A stretch of DNA of 64,000 nucleotides from an uncultured Prochlorococcus sp. Its GTDB lineage: Bacteria > Cyanobacteriota > Cyanobacteriia > PCC-6307 > Cyanobiaceae. The notes beneath the pieces are model-generated. The model worked only from the letters and a program-made list of their open reading frames with translations, did no database searches and was not told where the DNA came from. Shown in pieces: positions 39,865 through 51,703 of this stretch; position 1 is the first letter of the stretch; the number at the start of each line of letters is the position of its first letter. The position numbers and the translations under genes are program-made. Where the stretch lies: the NCBI GenBank assembly GCA_902616595.1, contig CACMTJ010000001.1, forward strand, positions 114,655 through 178,654, written 5' to 3'.

Positions 39865-41316
39865 TCATACTTTTTTTAAAGATGGATCAGCAGATTGTCC
39901 GTAAGAGAACTTTTCAACTTCAGCAAAATCTGGAGATGGTTCTTTTATTCCACAAACATCTTTATACATAATTTCGTATTCTAATGCAGATCTTTGCCAA
40001 CTAAACTCTTGGCTCATTGCTCTTTTTTGCAATAGTTCCCAACAATCTTTATGCCTAAAGGCCTCCCAGGACCTTACTAAAGATGTATAGAAATCTATAG
40101 GTTCAAAGCGATCGAAGCAAAAACCTGTGCCACTATTATTTTCTGGATCATGAGGTAAAACTGTGTCAACTAAACCTCCTACTCGCCTTACTATAGGAAT
40201 AGAACCATACCTCATAGCAAGTAGTTGACTAATACCACAAGGTTCGAATCTACTTGGCATTAAAAAAGCATCAGTGCCACCATATATAAGTCTTGATAAG
40301 GAATCATCATAGGTAAGAAATACGGAAAATCTTCCGGGGTAATCTAATGCAAGTTGCCATAATCCTGACTCTAAATATCTATCTCCAGTCCCCAAAACAA
40401 CTATTTGCGAATCTGTATATGCTAAAAGTCTTCTTGAAACTTGTAGAAGCAAGTCAACCCCTTTCTGATCAACTAACCTACTGACCATACCTAAAAGATA
40501 TTTTTTGGGATTTACTTCGAGACCCATTTCTCTCTGCAGAATCTTTTTATTTTCTAACCTATTTTCTAAATTCTTAATACTAAATTTTGCAGGTAAAACC
40601 GGATCTTTAGCTGGATTCCATTCATCAAGATCTATACCATTAAGAATGCCCCTTAATTTACCTGAAATGTAATTAAGTAATCCTTCTAGGCTTTCCCCGT
40701 ATTCATGGGTTTTAATCTCATCTGCATAAGTCGGAGAAACAGCATTGACCCTATCTGCGTACAACATTGCCGCAGCCATCGTGTGGTCTCCATGCATATA
40801 CCAAGGACACCAAGTCATTTTTTCAAGTTTCCACCTCCAAGGGCCTTGGTATTTTAAATTATGAATTGTGAAGACAGTACTAATTTCGGGATCCTGATGC
40901 ATCCACACAGGAATCATTCCAGTGTGCCAATCATGGCAATGGAGAACTTGAGGTTTCCAACAATTCCAGGCAAATTCTGCAGTGGCACTAGCAAAAAATG
41001 TAAAGCGCCAGTCCTCATTTTCGCCTCCATATATTTGGTCAGAGTCAAATGTTGGATGACCCACTAGGTAAATCACATAATTATGAATGGGATGTTTTGC
41101 TTCATATACGGCAAAATCAGTACCCATTGTATTTGCTCTAAAGACTGGTTCATTCGATACCTCTAAAAGACTCCACAATTTTCCGTATCCTGGAATTATT
41201 ACCCTTACATCGTGACCAAGTTTTATCAAAGATGGAGGCAACGAACCAACCACATCTCCCATACCTCCAACTTTGATCATTGGAGCACATTCAGCAGCGG
41301 CAAGAAGAATTCTCAT
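39865..41316 (-). CDS. glgA: Glycogen synthase
   Basis: [27 protein letters not shown]. Confidence 0.96.
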   Translation of the reverse strand: MRILLAAAECAPMIKVGGMGDVVGSLPPSLIKLGHDVRVIIPGYGKLWSLLEVSNEPVFRANTMGTDFAVYEAKHPIHNYVIYLVGHPTFDSDQIYGGENEDWRFTFFASATAEFAWNCWKPQVLHCHDWHTGMIPVWMHQDPEISTVFTIHNLKYQGPWRWKLEKMTWCPWYMHGDHTMAAAMLYADRVNAVSPTYADEIKTHEYGESLEGLLNYISGKLRGILNGIDLDEWNPAKDPVLPAKFSIKNLENRLENKKILQREMGLEVNPKKYLLGMVSRLVDQKGVDLLLQVSRRLLAYTDSQIVVLGTGDRYLESGLWQLALDYPGRFSVFLTYDDSLSRLIYGGTDAFLMPSRFEPCGISQLLAMRYGSIPIVRRVGGLVDTVLPHDPENNSGTGFCFDRFEPIDFYTSLVRSWEAFRHKDCWELLQKRAMSQEFSWQRSALEYEIMYKDVCGIKEPSPDFAEVEKFSYGQSADPSLKKV

Positions 41317-41351
41317 TGATAATTAATTAAAAAGTTTGTTTGAAAAATAAA

Positions 41352-42209
41352 CTAGGGTGTCCACTTATAGTCAGAAAAGTCTGGAGGACGCTTCTCAAGA
41401 AAGGCATCTCTACCTTCTTGAGCTTCTTCAGTCGAATAGAATAATTGAGTTGTGTATCCAGATAATTCTTGAATACCTGCAATCCCATCATTCTCTGCAT
41501 TGAATGAAGCTTTAAGAATACGAATAGCAGTTGGACTATTTCGTAAAATCTCTCTTGCCCAGATTACACCCTCAGCTTCTAATTCTTCAATCTTTGTAAT
41601 TGCATTTATCAAGCCCATCTGCATAGCTTCCTTAGAATTATATTTTCTACACAAAAACCAAATTTCTTTTGCTTTTCTTTGACCAACAAGTCTTGCTAAA
41701 TAACTAGATCCAAAACCCGCATCAAAACTACCAACTCTTGGACCTGTTTGACCAAATATTGCATTTTCAGAGGCGATACTGAGATCACAAATTAGATGAA
41801 GTACCTGCCCTCCTCCAATTGCGAAACCAGGAACTAAAGCAATAACCACTTTAGGCAAACTTCTTATTAACCTTTGAAGTTCAAGTACATTTAATCTCTG
41901 CTTCCCTTCATCATTTTTATATCCATTTTTACCTCTTACACTCTGATCACCTCCAGAGCAAAAAGAATAAATGCCTTTCTTGTCAGGTCCCGCACCTGTA
42001 AAGAGAACTACGCCTATAGTTTCATCATTTCTTACGATATCAAATGCGTCAATGAGTTCATCTACAGTTTGTGGCCTAAATGCATTTCTTTTTTCAGGCC
42101 GATTAATTGCAATTCTCGCAATTCCCTCATCTGATTTGTGAAACAATATATCCTCATAAGATTTGCATTCTGACCAATTTAAAGTTGTTTTACCAGGTAA
42201 TACTTTCAT
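41352..42209 (-). CDS. menB: 1,4-dihydroxy-2-naphthoyl-CoA synthase
   Basis: [30 protein letters not shown]. Confidence 0.96.
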   Translation of the reverse strand: MKVLPGKTTLNWSECKSYEDILFHKSDEGIARIAINRPEKRNAFRPQTVDELIDAFDIVRNDETIGVVLFTGAGPDKKGIYSFCSGGDQSVRGKNGYKNDEGKQRLNVLELQRLIRSLPKVVIALVPGFAIGGGQVLHLICDLSIASENAIFGQTGPRVGSFDAGFGSSYLARLVGQRKAKEIWFLCRKYNSKEAMQMGLINAITKIEELEAEGVIWAREILRNSPTAIRILKASFNAENDGIAGIQELSGYTTQLFYSTEEAQEGRDAFLEKRPPDFSDYKWTP

Positions 42210-42244
42210 GAAATCTAATTATTCAAAGATAGAGAATGATAAAT

Positions 42245-44008
42245 TTAACTGCCAATTATTTTTTTTAGCAAGGCATTTTTTTCACAAATTTCATTTTCTG
42301 GATCAACATCAACTTTAATTATTACAGATTTCTGGATAGAAATGCTCCAATCTAATGCCTCTCGTAATTTTTTAAAATTTGCCACACTTTTAAAGTTTAC
42401 TTGATAGCCCTCTGCGAGTTTTGGCCAGTTTATTTCTTTTGGCATAAGAAATAGTCTTTTTAATTCATCTTCTTTTAAATTTTTTTTATAAATACGATTA
42501 AATATATTTCCGCCATTATTATTTATTAGAAGAATTGTTAAATTCATGTCGATTGAATTTTCAATCAGCCAACCGTTTATATCATGAATAAAAGCCAAAT
42601 CTCCAGTCACAAGAAGTAGAGGATTTTTAATTCTAGAAATACCTAATGCAAGAGATAAAGTACCATCTATGCCAGAAGCACCCCTAAAGCTGAAACAATT
42701 TCTTGTTAAGGTACCATTTTCTGAAAATGTGAGCCAATCTCTAATCGGGCTACTAGCTGAGAGCATTATAGGATTTTCATTTGGCCAAAGTTTTGGAACA
42801 AGATTTGCAAGCATATACTCAGTAATTTGATTATCTTGAGTAATTTTCTCTTTTAAAATTTCTTTAATCTGCTCGCCTTCTTCTATTAGATTTAGAGCCA
42901 TCGGAGTAAGAGACTTTTTATTTTTTTCGTTGATTGATAATTCTTCTAACAATAGAGTAGTGAAATTTGATAGCCCAAAATCATATTCAAATGATTTTTT
43001 TATAGGGTCCAATTTTCTATAGTTTTTTTCTTTTATAAGAATTTGTATTCCTTTGAAGTTTTTTAAAAACTTCTCCAAATCAATTGAGGATGACATAGGG
43101 CCAAGCCTCAAAAGTTGATGACAATTTATTAAATTTTTATTTTTTCTTAAGACTAATTCCCAATTCACGACTAACCCTCTCAAACCAGAATAAACACCTG
43201 AAACAGGATCAGCAAATACTGGCCAACCAGTAATCTCTTGTAATCGTTCTAAAGATTTATTGAAAGAAGTTAAATCATTTATGGAACCTTGATAGGGACC
43301 TACCAAAATAATGCCGGATTCATCTAAATTTAAATTTTCTGAAATTTCGAAGAATTTGTTTTTATCAGATTTCATTTCAACTTCCTGAAATATATATTTT
43401 TTCTTTAAATAAATTCTCTCAAAAACCTCTAAAACATTTTTTTTATTTGAAAATGTAATATCTAAAGGCTTATCAATAGGAATATTTAAATGAATAGGAC
43501 CAGGGAAGGTTGATGTTTGTTTCTCAATAGTTCGAACTAAATTCAAGATTTCATTTTCTTGTGTTTCATGTAGTCCATTTAGATTTGTACTTAAAACTCT
43601 TCTGCAGACTGAACTCAAAAAAACTTCTTGATTTACTGTTTGATTAGCGCCACAATCTTTTAATCGTAAGGGTCTATCAGCAGTAAGAAATATAATACCT
43701 TTACAAGATCGGTCTGCCTCAACTGCTGCTGGCAATAAGTTACTTACAGCAGTCCCAGAAGTCGTAATAACTAAAGAGAGATTACCTGATGCAGCAGAAA
43801 TCCCAAGAGAGTGGAATCCTGCAGATCTCTCATCTATTGAATTAAAAATATTTACCAGTCCTAATTTATTTAATTCTCCAGCAGCTATTGCTAAAGGTGC
43901 TGATCTACTTCCAGGACATATTATTAAATTTTGAACTCCTATTTTTATGAGAAGATTCAAAAGTTGTAAACTTCTAAGAAAATTTTTGCATTCAATAGAT
44001 GATGTCAT
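42245..44008 (-). CDS. menD: SEPHCHC synthase
   Basis: [45 protein letters not shown]. Confidence 0.95.
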   Translation of the reverse strand: MTSSIECKNFLRSLQLLNLLIKIGVQNLIICPGSRSAPLAIAAGELNKLGLVNIFNSIDERSAGFHSLGISAASGNLSLVITTSGTAVSNLLPAAVEADRSCKGIIFLTADRPLRLKDCGANQTVNQEVFLSSVCRRVLSTNLNGLHETQENEILNLVRTIEKQTSTFPGPIHLNIPIDKPLDITFSNKKNVLEVFERIYLKKKYIFQEVEMKSDKNKFFEISENLNLDESGIILVGPYQGSINDLTSFNKSLERLQEITGWPVFADPVSGVYSGLRGLVVNWELVLRKNKNLINCHQLLRLGPMSSSIDLEKFLKNFKGIQILIKEKNYRKLDPIKKSFEYDFGLSNFTTLLLEELSINEKNKKSLTPMALNLIEEGEQIKEILKEKITQDNQITEYMLANLVPKLWPNENPIMLSASSPIRDWLTFSENGTLTRNCFSFRGASGIDGTLSLALGISRIKNPLLLVTGDLAFIHDINGWLIENSIDMNLTILLINNNGGNIFNRIYKKNLKEDELKRLFLMPKEINWPKLAEGYQVNFKSVANFKKLREALDWSISIQKSVIIKVDVDPENEICEKNALLKKIIGS

Positions 44009-44058
44009 AATTTATATAAATGCTTTGGGATTTTTCTTATAACTGAATTAAATAAAAC

Positions 44059-44643
44059 ATGTCTACAACTCAAGAAAAAAGAAATTCAATAATAAAGGAT
44101 TTAAAAAATCTTTTAATCTGGATATCTATAGCTTTAATTATACGATGGCAGGTTATAGAGCCAAGATGGATCCCATCCGGTTCAATGCTTCCAACTCTTC
44201 AAATACAAGATAAAATTCTTGTTGAGAAACTAACCCCCAAAATCACATCCAAATCAAATCTTTCAAAATTAAAAAATAAAATAGTTGTTTTTAACGTTCC
44301 GGAACAATTAATTAATGCTGGTTATGAAGCAGATACTGCACTAATAAAAAGAGTAATTGGAATACCTGGAGACAAGGTAGAAGTAAGAGATGGTAACCTT
44401 TACTTAAATGATATCGTTCAAAATAATTACGTTTTTGATAAAAATATTAATTATTCAGTGGGTCCTTTTATTGTCCCAAAAGAATCATTATGGGTGATGG
44501 GGGATAATAGAAATAACAGCATGGATTCACATATTTGGGGATTTTTACCCTATGAAAAGGTTATTGGTAAAGCTATTTTTAGATATTGGCCGTTCAATAA
44601 AATTGGACCTATTCGGTTCCCTGCCCTTAATAATTTAGATTAA
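44059..44643 (+). CDS. lepB: Signal peptidase I
   Basis: IPSGSMLPTL, IKRVIG.PGD, GDNRNNSMDS. Confidence 0.95.
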   Translation: MSTTQEKRNSIIKDLKNLLIWISIALIIRWQVIEPRWIPSGSMLPTLQIQDKILVEKLTPKITSKSNLSKLKNKIVVFNVPEQLINAGYEADTALIKRVIGIPGDKVEVRDGNLYLNDIVQNNYVFDKNINYSVGPFIVPKESLWVMGDNRNNSMDSHIWGFLPYEKVIGKAIFRYWPFNKIGPIRFPALNNLD

Positions 44644-44688
44644 TGGGTACGTGATGTTGTAGGGTTTTTATATCTTGAAGTTGTAGAA

Positions 44689-45027
44689 ATGTTTAATCCA
44701 GAATTTCTTGCTACTGAAAATAATGATCCAAACGATGAGAATGATTTAATCCAATATTTACAAAAACAATCTCCAGAAGTTTTGCAAAGAGTAGCAAAAT
44801 CAGCTAGTGAAGATATTCAAGAAATTATTAGACATAATGTCCAAGGTCTTCTTGGAATGCTTCCTTCAGATCAATTTGATGTAAAAATTACATCTTCAAA
44901 AGACAACATTGCTAATTTATTATCTTCTGCAATGATGACAGGATATTTCTTAAGACAAATGGAGCAAAGAAAAGAGCTGGAACAAACCCTTAAAAATGAT
45001 GAAAACATGTCTATTGAAGAAAAATAG
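44689..45027 (+). CDS. DUF760-family protein
   Basis: HNVQGLLG.LP, LLSSAMMTGYFLR. Confidence 0.82.
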   Translation: MFNPEFLATENNDPNDENDLIQYLQKQSPEVLQRVAKSASEDIQEIIRHNVQGLLGMLPSDQFDVKITSSKDNIANLLSSAMMTGYFLRQMEQRKELEQTLKNDENMSIEEK

Positions 45028-45029
45028 TT

Positions 45030-46202
45030 TTAAAGATTTACTTCTTCAGGAATTATTCTTAGTTCAAACAACTTTTTATATAAACTCATCAAAAATTTAT
45101 TATCCTCCGGTAGTTTGTCCCACTTTTGGGAATTAATTTCATTAATTAATTTTTGACAATCTTCTATTGTAAATTTTATCGGTGCCATAAAATGAGCTGG
45201 AATTAAATATTCCATATCTTCAAAAGACTTGATATTTTCTAGCCATTTAATTAATACTTCTTTTGAACGGGGAAAAATTAGTTTTTGTAGAACTGGCGCC
45301 ACTTGAATCTTAGGAGTATCTTCACCCATTATTTCAACAAGAGAGGATTCCCAATCTTCATCCCATAAAAAGGGATAAATACCGAAATGAGATCTCCAAT
45401 TTCTAAGATCTTTTTTGAACGAATACTTAAATATTTCTTTTAAAGGTGGAATATTTAATTTACCTGGTTTCAAAAAAGATGAAAATAAGACCAACCTTTT
45501 CCAGCCTTTTTTTCTTTGTTCAATGGAGTCAATCAAAGGTTCATCTCCTCTCTCTCTAGAATGAAAAAGAAGTGGAGTTGGATCAAAATTAAATATCTCA
45601 GGTGGAGTGGAGTCTATTCCAACTATTGCGTCTGTCACATGAAGAGTTTTCGTAGAATAATGGAAACAGCTTATCTCCTGATATCTTCCAAGCCCTAAAT
45701 TAAGTGGGCCTAATGAAGACCATTTAAAGGAGTTCGTATGTGGAGTACCTTCCTCAAACAGTATTCTTGATCTTTTTGATGGAATTCCTAAAAAATCTAG
45801 TGGAAGATTGATGGGGAAACTCCACTGTCCAGGACAAAGCCAAATTTCTGCATCTTTAAAAATTCTTGAAAGAGCTGGTAGTCCGATTTTATGTTCTAGT
45901 CCGGAGGCACTTGGGAGAATTATTGTTTTTACTTTACCGTGAATCGCAATTAATTTTTCTAACTCATTTATTAATTCTTTTGTAGGCGGCAGTGGGTTTA
46001 TTAGCATCAACCCATTATCAACCTTTATTACCGTCATTCTTATTGGAACCGCAACATAATAAAGTCCCTGTATTTGTTCCAAGGACCATATTTGATCAGG
46101 AATTAATTCTCTTAAGATTGTTTTCTTTTTCCCATAAGGATATAAGGGAAATAATGGCCACCAATACCACTTTTTATTTAAAGTTTCTTCCACCGCTATC
46201 AT
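45030..46202 (-). CDS. DUF4336-family protein
   Basis: WPLFPLYPYG, RMTVIK, GLEHK, IPAH. Confidence 0.78.
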   Translation of the reverse strand: MIAVEETLNKKWYWWPLFPLYPYGKKKTILRELIPDQIWSLEQIQGLYYVAVPIRMTVIKVDNGLMLINPLPPTKELINELEKLIAIHGKVKTIILPSASGLEHKIGLPALSRIFKDAEIWLCPGQWSFPINLPLDFLGIPSKRSRILFEEGTPHTNSFKWSSLGPLNLGLGRYQEISCFHYSTKTLHVTDAIVGIDSTPPEIFNFDPTPLLFHSRERGDEPLIDSIEQRKKGWKRLVLFSSFLKPGKLNIPPLKEIFKYSFKKDLRNWRSHFGIYPFLWDEDWESSLVEIMGEDTPKIQVAPVLQKLIFPRSKEVLIKWLENIKSFEDMEYLIPAHFMAPIKFTIEDCQKLINEINSQKWDKLPEDNKFLMSLYKKLFELRIIPEEVNL

Positions 46203-47071
46203 TTATAACCTGCAAAAAATTTCTTTAACTTAAATATTCCGTATCTTGGAGCGAATAAAAAAGCGAATAAAAATATAAAAGTTTGTGCCAAGACAATTGA
46301 TCCACCTGTCTCAAGATCAAACCAAAAACTAATGTAGATTCCTATTAGGCTTGAGATAATTGCACTCAATACTGAAATTATTGTCATATTATCAAACTCA
46401 TCCGTAAGTAAATATGCTGTAGCCCCTGGTGTAATCAACATCGCAACTACCAAAATAATTCCAACAGACTGCAAGCCCACAACTGCTGCCAAAGATAAGC
46501 ACGTGAGGAGTAAATAGTGAAGAAAAAAAACATTAATTCCAACTGTTTTTGCATGCCTAGGATCAAAACAATAAAGCAATAAATCTTTCCTAAAAATTGA
46601 CAAAAGGATTACTACCAATAAAGAAATGAATATAGTTTGTTTTACATCTGAAAGTGATATTCCTAATGGACTACCAAAAAGGATAGAGTGCAGATCAATA
46701 TTACTTTTAATCTTAGAAACCAATACAATTCCAAGAGCGAAAAATCCAGTAAATACCAACCCAATAACAGTATCTTCCTTAACCCTAGATTTCTGCTTAA
46801 TAAACCCTATCAATGCAACAGAACCAACTCCGAAAATAAATGCCCCTAATGAGAAAGGAAGACCTAATGCATAAGCAACCACAACACCAGGCATTACTGA
46901 ATGTGACACTGCATCTCCCATTAAAGCCCATCCTTTAAGAGTTAAATAACTAGATAGGAAACCACAAACAGCGGCCACTAATGAACTCATAAGAAGTGCT
47001 TTTCTCATAAAGCCATGAGTCAAAGGATCTGTTATGAATGAATCTAAAGTTAAAAAAGAACAGAGCTCCAT
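46199..47071 (-). CDS. mntB: Mn/Zn ABC transporter permease
   Basis: MGDAVSHSVMPG, ILFGS, VAMLITPGATA. Confidence 0.88.
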   Translation of the reverse strand: MELCSFLTLDSFITDPLTHGFMRKALLMSSLVAAVCGFLSSYLTLKGWALMGDAVSHSVMPGVVVAYALGLPFSLGAFIFGVGSVALIGFIKQKSRVKEDTVIGLVFTGFFALGIVLVSKIKSNIDLHSILFGSPLGISLSDVKQTIFISLLVVILLSIFRKDLLLYCFDPRHAKTVGINVFFLHYLLLTCLSLAAVVGLQSVGIILVVAMLITPGATAYLLTDEFDNMTIISVLSAIISSLIGIYISFWFDLETGGSIVLAQTFIFLFAFLFAPRYGIFKLKKFFAGYK

Positions 47072-47083
47072 ATAATTTAGAAT

Positions 47084-47848
47084 TTAGGATTCAGGTCCAA
47101 ACAAGAAATCAGGTGAGATTCCTCCAAAAGTAGTTGTAATATTTTCAGGGGTAAACACTTCAGAGGTATCCCCATAAGCTACAACAGTTTTATTTATTAA
47201 AAGAACCAAATCACAAAATTCACGGACATGAATCATATCGTGGGTTGATAATAATATAGTTTTCCCCTCATTTTTAAATTGAATAAATAATTCCGATATA
47301 AGTTTCTCAGTTCTTATATCAACACCAGAAAAAGGCTCATCAAGAAGTAATATTGACGCCCTTTGCGCAATTGCTCTAGCTAAAAAAGTTCGTTTTCTCT
47401 GACCTCCAGATAAGTTTCCAATAGGTGTTGATAAATGATCATTAAGATCAACTCTCTCAATAGCATCTTTAACCGCCTGAATATCAGACTCTCTAGGACA
47501 TCTAAAAATATTCATCGAACCATATCTTCCCATCATCACTACATCCCAAACATTTATTGGAAATTGACTATCTATTCCCTCACTCTGAGGAACATAAGCA
47601 ATTGTCTGATCTTTTTGAGCAGATCTTACAGACTCTCCATTAATTCTAATTTTTCCCTTTGAAATATTTACAAAGCCAGTTAAAGCATTAAAAAAAGTTG
47701 TTTTACCAGCCCCGTTCATCCCTACTAACCCACAAATCTGGCCAGGTTTCAATCTTAAATTGGCATCATACAAAGCCACCTTACCGTTGTAATCTACGCA
47801 AATATTCTCTGCATCAATCCTAAAGTTTTGATAATTGATTGATTCCAT
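47084..47848 (-). CDS. mntA: Mn/Zn ABC transporter ATPase
   Basis: GMNGAGKTT, YVPQ, LSGGQRKR, LLDEPF. Confidence 0.88.
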   Translation of the reverse strand: MESINYQNFRIDAENICVDYNGKVALYDANLRLKPGQICGLVGMNGAGKTTFFNALTGFVNISKGKIRINGESVRSAQKDQTIAYVPQSEGIDSQFPINVWDVVMMGRYGSMNIFRCPRESDIQAVKDAIERVDLNDHLSTPIGNLSGGQRKRTFLARAIAQRASILLLDEPFSGVDIRTEKLISELFIQFKNEGKTILLSTHDMIHVREFCDLVLLINKTVVAYGDTSEVFTPENITTTFGGISPDFLFGPES

Positions 47849-47851
47849 AAT

Positions 47852-48751
47852 TCAAAAAAGCCCTTTTTTAATTAAATCCAAATTATGCTCAAGCATTTTT
47901 ATATAGGAACTAGCAGGCCCACTATCATCAGATAATGAATCAACAAAAAGATTTCCGCCAAAATTAGCCCCAGTTTCGTTTGCAACAACCATTTGAGATT
48001 TGTTACTTACGGTACTTTCGCAAAATACAGATGGGACATTTTTTTCTTTAACTAGTGAGATTGTTCTTGTCATTCTTTTGGGCGTAATTTGACTCTCCGC
48101 ATTAACTGGCCATAAATAAACTTCTTCTAATCCATAATCATTTGTTAAATATGAAAAAGCACCTTCACAACTTACTAGATACCTCCTGCCTTTATTTAAG
48201 TTATTAATAAAAAGTGAGAATTCTTTATCTATTTTAGAGAGTTTTTCTTTATAGATTTTTCCATTTTCTTCAAATAATGTCCTTTTGGATGGCCTCAATT
48301 CTGATAAAGAATCCACCAGAATATCTACGTATAGGATCCCTCTTTTTGGAGAAATCCAGGCATGAGGATTGGGTTTCCCTTTATAAAAATCTTCGCTGAT
48401 AAAAATAGGATCTAAATCTTCCGCGACAGTAATTCTTTTAACTTCTAAATTAGAAACAAATTTTTCAGCCCATAATTCAAATCCAAATCCATTATCAATA
48501 AAAACAAAAGCACTAGAGGCATTTACCAAATCGCTCGGAGTTGGTTGGTAGCCATGAACTTCAACTCCCGGTTTCGTAATTGATCTAACAATAAAATCAT
48601 CTTTAGCAATATTGCTAATTATATCCGCCAAAACAGTGAAACTTGTCAATATTACTTCTTTACTTTCATTTTTATTTGATATTCTCTTGCATGAGCCTGA
48701 AGCAAGAGAAAGCAGAAGTAAAAGACTTAAAAAAAGGATTTTTTTTCTCAT
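47852..48751 (-). CDS. mntC: Metal ABC substrate-binding lipoprotein (PsaA/MntC type)
   Basis: Lipoprotein-like signal (..SGSC). Ligand motifs EVH, NPH, CEG and VDS give a His/His/Glu/Asp set typical of Mn binders. Confidence 0.88.
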   Translation of the reverse strand: MRKKILFLSLLLLLSLASGSCKRISNKNESKEVILTSFTVLADIISNIAKDDFIVRSITKPGVEVHGYQPTPSDLVNASSAFVFIDNGFGFELWAEKFVSNLEVKRITVAEDLDPIFISEDFYKGKPNPHAWISPKRGILYVDILVDSLSELRPSKRTLFEENGKIYKEKLSKIDKEFSLFINNLNKGRRYLVSCEGAFSYLTNDYGLEEVYLWPVNAESQITPKRMTRTISLVKEKNVPSVFCESTVSNKSQMVVANETGANFGGNLFVDSLSDDSGPASSYIKMLEHNLDLIKKGLF

Positions 48752-48771
48752 ATTTAACCTTCAAAATTAGA

Positions 48772-50106
48772 TTATGAACTAAAAGATATTTTCATAAGTG
48801 GTTTTCTAAGATCAGAAATAAATCCTTGCCAATTTATTTTTTCTTTTTCAAAAGCTTTTTCAACAATTCTTTCAGAATTTTTCTTTATAAAATCCAAATC
48901 AGGTTCTTCTACTCCTTTTGTTATTGCCATAAAATCAGCCAAAGAACTTGATACTACTCTTGTTAAATAAGCAGCACTAATAGCCTGAAATGTTCCAGAA
49001 ACAAGCCAATTTGGTCCATGTAACTTTGTTATGCCAATTAGAGTCTGTCCACTCCATTCAATAACTCCCTGAGCAATTGCAGTCTTTAAAATCTCTTTAG
49101 AAACTTTATCTAAAATTTCAGGAGACCAATTGCATCCCCATATAGACTTAATTTCTTTAATCATTAATGAATTTAGTACTGTCATTGCCATAACATCAAT
49201 TGATGGGATAGGAGATAAGAAAACAGTTGTTGCGACAAGAATTTGATTTTTTCTTTGTATACCTTTTAACTGCATTCTTCTTATCCCTTCAATTTCAGAT
49301 TGCCAGGCAAAATGTAGTTCTTTCAAGAGCCTTTTTTTTGTATTTTCAATATTTTTAGATGAACTTATAAAAAACTTCCTTAACGAAAAAGGTATATTTG
49401 TTATTTCATTCTTATTCATATCAAAAGTAATAATTTTATTTATAAAGTCACTTGAAATTTGCGACTTTAGGTCTTCTATCTGATTTTTGGCTTCTATTTC
49501 GTTGGAAGTTAAAGCCACCAACCAGATAGGCATATTTTTAGGAAACTTTTCCAGCCACAAAAAATCATTCGCCGACAAAGGCAAGTTTAAAAAATACAAG
49601 ATTGCATCACTCTTCAAAGCTTCTGCTGGGATAACTTGAGAAGGATTATATTTAGGCAGTTTTTCGTATAAATCAAAGTCAAACTTATCTACTTTAAAAT
49701 GGCTTTTTAAAACAGACTGATAACTTTGATAATCTTTTAGTCCAATACAACTTATTTTTTCTTTTTCAAATCTATTAAGAATCGATTCAAGTGTTTTTTG
49801 TCTTTTTGAATTCTGTTTTTCTAATTCATTTGTAGCTTCAAGTTCTTCAAAAAAATTTAAATCTTCATTACATAGATTTATCCAACCATCTAAATTATTT
49901 GGCTCATTAAATTTAGGCTTATCATTCTTCAAGTAAAAATATCCTCCCAAACACAATGCAAAAAATCCTATTGAGCCTCCTGCAAAATGAATTAGGTCAC
50001 TGACAAACCATTCACCAAAACCTAACATCAATAGAATAATAATAAGATTTTTTTTCGGAAACTTTATGAAATCCTTTAAAAGGTTCTCTTTACTAATATC
50101 AAACAC
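48772..50106 (-). CDS. YcjF/DUF697-family protein
   Basis: Two N-terminal TM segments, SPIPSIDV, QAISAAYLTRVV. Confidence 0.72.
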   Translation of the reverse strand: MFDISKENLLKDFIKFPKKNLIIILLMLGFGEWFVSDLIHFAGGSIGFFALCLGGYFYLKNDKPKFNEPNNLDGWINLCNEDLNFFEELEATNELEKQNSKRQKTLESILNRFEKEKISCIGLKDYQSYQSVLKSHFKVDKFDFDLYEKLPKYNPSQVIPAEALKSDAILYFLNLPLSANDFLWLEKFPKNMPIWLVALTSNEIEAKNQIEDLKSQISSDFINKIITFDMNKNEITNIPFSLRKFFISSSKNIENTKKRLLKELHFAWQSEIEGIRRMQLKGIQRKNQILVATTVFLSPIPSIDVMAMTVLNSLMIKEIKSIWGCNWSPEILDKVSKEILKTAIAQGVIEWSGQTLIGITKLHGPNWLVSGTFQAISAAYLTRVVSSSLADFMAITKGVEEPDLDFIKKNSERIVEKAFEKEKINWQGFISDLRKPLMKISFSS

Positions 50107-50271
50107 AATACTTTATTTTTCTAATTTTATTTTAATGCAAGTTATGAATGAGAAAAGCAAAATTTCATAAGTCGTTAATCAAAAGATAAAAAATTAAGGC
50201 TTTTCAAAAGACTTATTGCATAACAAGATGCTAAGTTAATAGACTATTTAAATAACTTAAGAAACATCAAG

Positions 50272-50694
50272 ATGTCTAATTCAAATTTCAGCAATAATCC
50301 TGGACAAGAAAATTATAGAGGTCGTTCTAATAATGAAAGATCTAATTTCAGAGATAGATCTGGCGGCAGAAGAGATGGAGGGGGATTCCGCATAAGATTG
50401 AGTGATAACGAAATGAAAGCTGTTAAATCAATACAAGAGGCCTTTCAATTGAGATCTACCGTTGCAGTTCTGGGTTTCTCTGTTAGAACACTTAGTGAAA
50501 TGATCAAAGACCAAAAATTGATTGAATCAATCACAGAATATGCAAAAAATAATAAAAACTCTTCTCCAAATAGACAATCACAAAATCCTTATGAAAAAAA
50601 AGAAAAAATAGCACCTGATCCTTTTGCAAGACCTGTAAAAAGTAAACCAACTGAAGAAATCCAATCTAGCGAAGTAGAAGAGGATGGAAAATAA
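50272..50694 (+). CDS. Conserved hypothetical protein (RG-rich N-terminus, RHH-like core)
   Basis: FRIRLSDNEM...LRSTVAVLGFSVRTL; overlaps the trpS start. Confidence 0.75.
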   Translation: MSNSNFSNNPGQENYRGRSNNERSNFRDRSGGRRDGGGFRIRLSDNEMKAVKSIQEAFQLRSTVAVLGFSVRTLSEMIKDQKLIESITEYAKNNKNSSPNRQSQNPYEKKEKIAPDPFARPVKSKPTEEIQSSEVEEDGK

Positions 50695-51700
50695 AAAAAG
50701 AATTCTTTCTGGAGTTCAACCAACTGGTGATTTACATATTGGAAATTGGCTTGGGGCCATAAATAATTGGGTTACGCTTCAAGAGCAATATGAAACATTT
50801 CTATGTGTAGTTGATTTGCACGCAATTACAGCTTCATATAATCCCAAAGAATTGTCTCAGAACACTATTTCTACTGCAGCTTTGTACGTCGCTTGTGGAA
50901 TAGATCCCAATATATGCTCAATTTTTGTCCAAAGTCAGATTTCTGCACATTCAGAACTTTGTTGGATATTAAATTGCATGACTCCAATAAATTGGATGGA
51001 AAGAATGATTCAATTCAAAGAAAAATCCATACAACAGGGGAATAATGTATCCATTGGATTATTTGACTATCCGATCCTAATGGCGGCAGACATTCTTCTA
51101 TATGAAGCTGACTTTGTACCAGTAGGCGAGGATCAAAAACAACATCTTGAACTTGCCCGAGATATTGCACAACAGAGAATTAATGCCAGATTTAGTAAGG
51201 ACAAAAATATTTTAAAAATCCCTCAACCAATAATCATGAAGAATGGATCAAAAATAATGAGTTTAATTGATGGTTCAAAAAAGATGAGCAAAAGTGATCC
51301 TAATGAAGGAAGTCGCATTAACTTATTAGATGCTCCTGAAGTAATAACGAAAAAAATAAAAAGAGCAAAAAGTGACAGTTCTATTGGAATTGAATTTAAC
51401 AACCCTGAGAGACCAGAATCTAAAAATCTTTTGATGATTTATTCAATATTATCTGGCAAAGAGATTTCTCAATGTGAAAATGATTTTTCAGAGACTGGAT
51501 GGGGGACATTTAAAAAATTAATTACAGAACAACTTATTGAATCACTAGAACCTATTCAGAAAAAATATAAATTATTAATTAATGATCCCTATCAATTAAA
51601 TAAAATCCTTGATGAAGGGAAGGAAAAAGCTGAAGATTTAGCAAATCAGACTTTAAAAAGAGTTAAATCAAAATTAGGATTCTTTGAAATGGAGAAATAA
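50684..51700 (+). CDS. trpS: Tryptophanyl-tRNA synthetase
   Basis: SGVQPTG, HIGN, VPVGEDQ, KMSKS. Confidence 0.97.
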   Translation: MENKKRILSGVQPTGDLHIGNWLGAINNWVTLQEQYETFLCVVDLHAITASYNPKELSQNTISTAALYVACGIDPNICSIFVQSQISAHSELCWILNCMTPINWMERMIQFKEKSIQQGNNVSIGLFDYPILMAADILLYEADFVPVGEDQKQHLELARDIAQQRINARFSKDKNILKIPQPIIMKNGSKIMSLIDGSKKMSKSDPNEGSRINLLDAPEVITKKIKRAKSDSSIGIEFNNPERPESKNLLMIYSILSGKEISQCENDFSETGWGTFKKLITEQLIESLEPIQKKYKLLINDPYQLNKILDEGKEKAEDLANQTLKRVKSKLGFFEMEK

Positions 51701-51703
51701 AAT

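Noticed and set aside
40241-40250. GGTTCGAATC, a tRNA T-loop-like sequence
   Set aside because: It lies inside glgA (the SRFEP codons) with no cloverleaf around it.
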